64,000 nucleotides of DNA. It comes from Octopus vulgaris. Its lineage: Eukaryota. This document shows, piece by piece, positions 63,085 to 64,000 of this stretch. The position numbers and the translations under genes were made by a program. How positions within the stretch are numbered: the first letter of the stretch is position 1; each line of letters begins with the position of its first letter. The DNA lies in contig OX597829.1 of NCBI GenBank assembly GCA_951406725.2, positions 54,932,001 through 54,996,000 on the forward strand, given 5' to 3'. The notes under the pieces are model-generated. The model made no database searches. It had not been told where the DNA came from and saw nothing but the letters and a program-made list of their open reading frames with translations.

Positions 63085-64000
63085 CAGGCTATTAATTGTT
63101 AAAAATTTTTATTAATTAGTTTCAGATTTAATTTTCTACCCATTATTAATAAATGTGCCAGAATTTGGGAAGCAACGGTAACAACAGTAAAAAGGCAGCG
63201 GAGAAGAATCAAGTTATGAACTATAAGCCTATGTCAGGTTGATTACCTGAACATTTTGGATTTAAACTGTTGGCTGACGGTAATATCAAAACTGCTGATA
63301 ACACTTATTGCATCCATTGCAACAAATCATTTGCATACCAAGGATGTAACACATCGCTTACTTACCACCTTCAAAACAAACACTCACAACAGTATTCGAA
63401 ACCTCAGCTCGCTAAGTCAGCTTCATTTGGTCAGTCTACAAGCAACGGTGTCATATACCTCCAAGGAGACTACTTTGAGTCAGTTTTATCATCGTTCTGA
63501 TCATCCGGTGAGTGCTACTGTGTACAACGTGATATTAAAATATTACTTGCAAACTGGACAGCTAATAGTGGTAGACCAATATCGATAGTAGAAGATGATG
63601 GTCTTCAGCAAGTATTGCATACAGCACTTCAAAATACCGAATATAAACTACCTTGCTTGCGCACTATTGATAAAATATTGGCTGATATTTATAACAGTAG
63701 AAGAGAAAGTGTTAAAGAAGCAGTGAAATATTCAAAGGCAATTGCACTAACATCTGATTTTTGGACATCACTGGGTAATGAAAGTTATTGCGGAATCACC
63801 GGCCATTGGATTGCTGATGACTGGAATTTAGTAAGTGTTATTCTTGAATGTGTGCATGCTGTTGAACGTCACTATTCTAACAATGTTGCTGAGTTATATA
63901 AACAATTTGTAAAAGACTGGGATATAACAAAGAAGATTCCGGTTCTAGTAACAGACAATGCACGAAATTTGGTTTCAACTGTTAAACTGGTTTTGCTCAT
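63085..64000 (+). mobile_element. hAT transposon with BED zinc finger transposase (ZBED1-like), frameshifted, truncated by window edge
   Basis: YCIHCNKSFAYQGCNTSLTYHLQNKH (BED); RPISIVEDDGL, ALTSDFWTS, YCGITGHW, VTDNARN (hAT catalytic motifs). Confidence 0.88.

Overview
Eukaryotic, AT-rich, repeat-dense animal DNA, most likely from an Octopus or other coleoid cephalopod (inferred from the repeat landscape, not verified). The window holds most of one minus-strand gene encoding a SETD1/Set1 (COMPASS) H3K4 methyltransferase. I traced 13 phase-consistent GT-AG coding exons from 41424 down to 2096 (about 1640 codons). They cover the N-terminal motif, RRM, long disordered region, acidic tract, WIN motif and N-SET. 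The SET/post-SET exons lie beyond the left edge, and no promoter or first exon was recognised. Introns and the upstream 22 kb contain decayed RTE and CR1-like LINEs, tRNA-derived SINEs, piggyBac- and hAT-type MITEs, DD37D mariner fragments, a BED-finger hAT transposase and large (TA/CA) microsatellites. The most unusual signal is a set of Penelope-like element repeats carrying hammerhead-ribozyme motifs. One family couples a tRNA-like Pol III cassette to the hammerhead and forms foldbacks, one of them next to a SETD1 splice donor. Its three copies on the SETD1 sense strand all have catalytic-core lesions. No prokaryotic features or CRISPR arrays were seen. All calls are from manual reading; no searches were run.
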